A stretch of 42,190 bases of DNA from Octopus bimaculoides (lineage: Eukaryota): assembly GCF_001194135.2 (NCBI RefSeq), contig NC_068993.1, forward strand, positions 51,732,705-51,774,894. The letters run 5' to 3'. The first letter of the stretch is position 1; the number at the start of each line of letters is the position of its first letter. Below are positions 39,277 through 42,190 of this stretch, piece by piece. The notes under the pieces were generated by a model, which was not told the origin of the DNA, searched no databases, and worked only from the letters and a program-made list of their open reading frames with translations. A program made the position numbers and the translations under genes.

Positions 39277-39360
39277 CAGAACAGGAGGAAACACATCTAT
39301 GAAACAGTCGCTGAAGAGGTCATAGTTGTGTGACAAAGGATTTCCAAACAATGGACATAA
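39277..39360 (+). mobile_element. Third copy of the hammerhead-like repeat
   Basis: gaacagga...gtcgctgaagaggtcatagttgtgtgacaaaggatttcc...caatggacat aligns with 33307-33388. gtcgctgaagaggtca is a 16-nt exact match to the reverse complement of the left arm. Confidence 0.8.
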
Positions 39361-39945
39361 GATAAAATAAGAACGATAATATACAAGTGAAGAACGAATA
39401 TATAGTACGTATGTTTGTTTAGCAAGAAAAACATGACTGTCCCGAGACATAGCAACAATAATGTTTTGCCTGATCGATGCATGTCTAGCAATTAGGAGTA
39501 TAACATATATCGATAGTCGCAGCTGATACAGAAAATTTATGGTATATTTAAAATCAGCGAATAAAATTTACCAAAAAGAATTTCAAATATCTCATGCACC
39601 CAATTTTGTGTTTCCCGGTGCCATCGAAGTGGTTAACAGTTATTTTCAACTTCTAAATTACTGTCGCTTTTCCGTTCTTTTTTCCCTCCAGTTCTCCACC
39701 ACCTCCACCTCTCTCTGACTCTCTCTTTCTCTCTTCTCCCTCTGTGACTTTCTCTCCCCCTCTCTCTCTCTGCTTCCCCCTTTCTCTAGATGTCTTTGCG
39801 TATACACATACTTAATGCATACGTCTTTACGAACATACATGCATACATATATTTATACACACATAAACACACACACACAAACACACAAACACACATATAC
39901 ACAGACATATAAATACACAAATATATATATGTCTATATGTAAAGG

Positions 39946-40039
<94 letters not shown>

Positions 40040-40244
40040 TACATGCAAATATACATTCATATATTTATCTACACATGTATTCACACATAGGTATACACAT
40101 ACATACATGCGTACGCACACACACATACGCTTGCATACATGCACACATTTATAATGTCCACATGCATACTCACACGCATATTCATACGCACATACATGCA
40201 CAAACAAACACATGCATACATAGATACACACAGGAATATACATT

Positions 40245-40385
40245 GGTGGCCAATTTGCCGAGTCATTAGAGCATCAGATAGATTGCTTTGTAGTAGATGT
40301 TCTGGCTGTCTGTTCTTCGAGTTCAAATCACGCTGAGGTCAACATTGTTTTTCATCTTTTCCTGGATCAATAAATAAAGTATCGA
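40245..40385 (+). mobile_element. Very old SINE remnant of the ctttcatcc family
   Basis: gagttcaaatcacgctgaggtcaac...tttcatcttttcctggatcaataaataaagta. Confidence 0.6.
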
Positions 40386-40807
40386 TTCTGTGTTTGGATC
40401 GGTTCTTTCCTTTCTCCCACTCGTCATTTCTGTTTTTTCTCTTTCTCTCCTTCTAGAAAGATCAACTGTACTAGCTCTAAAGAGTGGTAACCTTCGCTAG
40501 GGCTAAACAGGTGCCCAAAACAAATAAATAGTAAGCCATGATGGCGCCGTGCGATTCCATCAAGGATTTGAGGTAACATGGCATAATATGGATTACACAC
40601 ACACATACATATATTTATTATATATGCGTATTAATGTGTGTTTATATGTGCATGTATGTTGATAGATAAATAGATAGATAGATAGATAGATAGATACATA
40701 GATAGATGGATAGATAAATAGAATAATACGTATATATGGCAATAGATACATACATATATATGCATATATATACATGCATGTATGTATTTTGTATGTATGT
40801 ATGTATG

Positions 40808-40910
40808 TCATTGTTCAGTTTTATTTCTTGCCCATAGAGAAAGAGCCGGTTTCTAACCTAGATCCAAGGCTCCTTCATTGGAATTTCAACATCAACAACA
40901 GGATATTTTT
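40808..40910. repeat. Probable short interspersed repeat embedded in (TATG)n
   Basis: agagaaagagccggtttctaacctagatccaaggctcc...ttggaatttcaacatcaacaacagg resembles a recalled high-copy octopus repeat. Not verified within the window. Confidence 0.4.
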
Positions 40911-41256
40911 GCTTGCATGTATTCATGTTCGTACGTACGTACGTATGTATGTATGTATGTATGTATGTATGTATGTATGTATGTATGTGTGTATACACAC
41001 ATACGCACGTCATATCGAGACAGTTCCTGGGAAAGTTGGAAATAGCATAAAAATTTCCATCAAACAAAGCCCTGCCTTCTTAAATAAAGGACGCAGATAA
41101 AAAAAAATGGAGTCCGTTCTACAGTATGGCCATCGTTGTCTCTCTGTTCAACCTCGATCAGAATGATTAAAATCTAAACTAGAGATTAGCAAAAATCTTC
41201 CTCTTCTTCGTCTAATTTTCTTTTGTTTTTCCCACCTTCAATATCTGTTTGGGTAT

Positions 41257-41475
41257 AAGGCGGCGAGCTGAGAGAAATGTTAACCCGCTGGGCACAATTC
41301 TTGTCGGCATTTCGTCCCGTCTTGACGTTCTGATTTCAAATTCCGCCTGGACCAAATTGGCATTTTGCCGGTTCGGGGTCAATAAAATAAATGCCAGTTG
41401 AGCACTGTGGTCGATGTGGTCGACTTATCCCCAACCCCGAAATTGTTGTCCTTGTGTCAAAATTTGAAATCAATA
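41257..41475 (+). mobile_element. Full-length diverged ctttcatcc-family SINE (older type)
   Basis: aaggcggcgagctg...ggcatttcgtc...acgttctgatttcaaattccgcc...ttcggggtcaataaaataaatgccagttgagcactg...aaaatttgaaa. Confidence 0.85.
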
Positions 41476-41938
41476 ACTTCTTATTAGTCACAACACCATA
41501 TATATTCCATATATAATAACAATGGCGATCTATGAGAAACCGTGACGCTTAAACTGATAAATTAAAGGATAGAAACGACGGTAGACCACGTCAGTCTCTC
41601 TATAACACTTAGACAATTATTAAAACAACAAAGAAACCGGAAACAGAAAAAAAATGATGTCTCCCTATGGAAGGCCACAGGTGAAAAGAATGATGTCTGT
41701 GTCTACTCGTGAAAATGGATAAAAGGAAAGTGTGAATGCATTTGTTTATAGCAAACAAATCACACATTGATGTATGCATTCAGTCACACATCATTTTAGT
41801 ATAAACATCAAAGTAAATAGCGTATGTGAGTGTATATACGTGTGTGTATATGTGTGTACATGTGGACGCACACATGTATACATATATACATATATATGTG
41901 TGTACGAAAGTATGACTGTATACACAAAAATATATCTA

Positions 41939-42026
41939 TGATCATCATCATCGTTATCATCATCATCATCGTTATCATCACCATTACCGTTCGTCGTCAT
42001 CATTATCATCATCATCATCATCATCA

Positions 42027-42085
<59 letters not shown>
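41939..42085. repeat. (ATC)n to (ATT)n microsatellite
   Basis: Direct reading. Confidence 0.95.
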
Positions 42086-42190
42086 GGTTGTAGTGGTGTA
42101 TGTGTCGTTATATGTTTCATAGACATTTTCACACTACACACATGCATACATATGTGGATACGGATACATACGTATATGCCCGTATATATA

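Overview
Repeat-rich eukaryotic non-coding DNA from a gapped draft assembly (17 N-gaps, about 5.6 kb). The microsatellite load and SINE families resemble Octopus sequence as I recall it; the species is an inference. No protein-coding gene could be supported: nearly all listed ORFs are translations of microsatellites or N runs. The window holds several tRNA-derived SINE families (a CORE-like family, a family with a ctttcatcctttcggggtcgataa central module, and a third head/V-like family), plus decayed 3' remnants of an RTE-like LINE and an R4/Dong-like LINE. The most notable feature is a small repeat in three copies (33212-33288 minus, 33296-33390 plus, 39277-39360 plus). Its reconstructed consensus matches a minimal type I hammerhead ribozyme core (CTGAAGA, stem II, GAAA), as known from Penelope-like elements and retrozymes. 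Two copies form a 77-bp hairpin whose differences are mostly G-U compatible, and the inverted arm ends at the predicted cleavage site.
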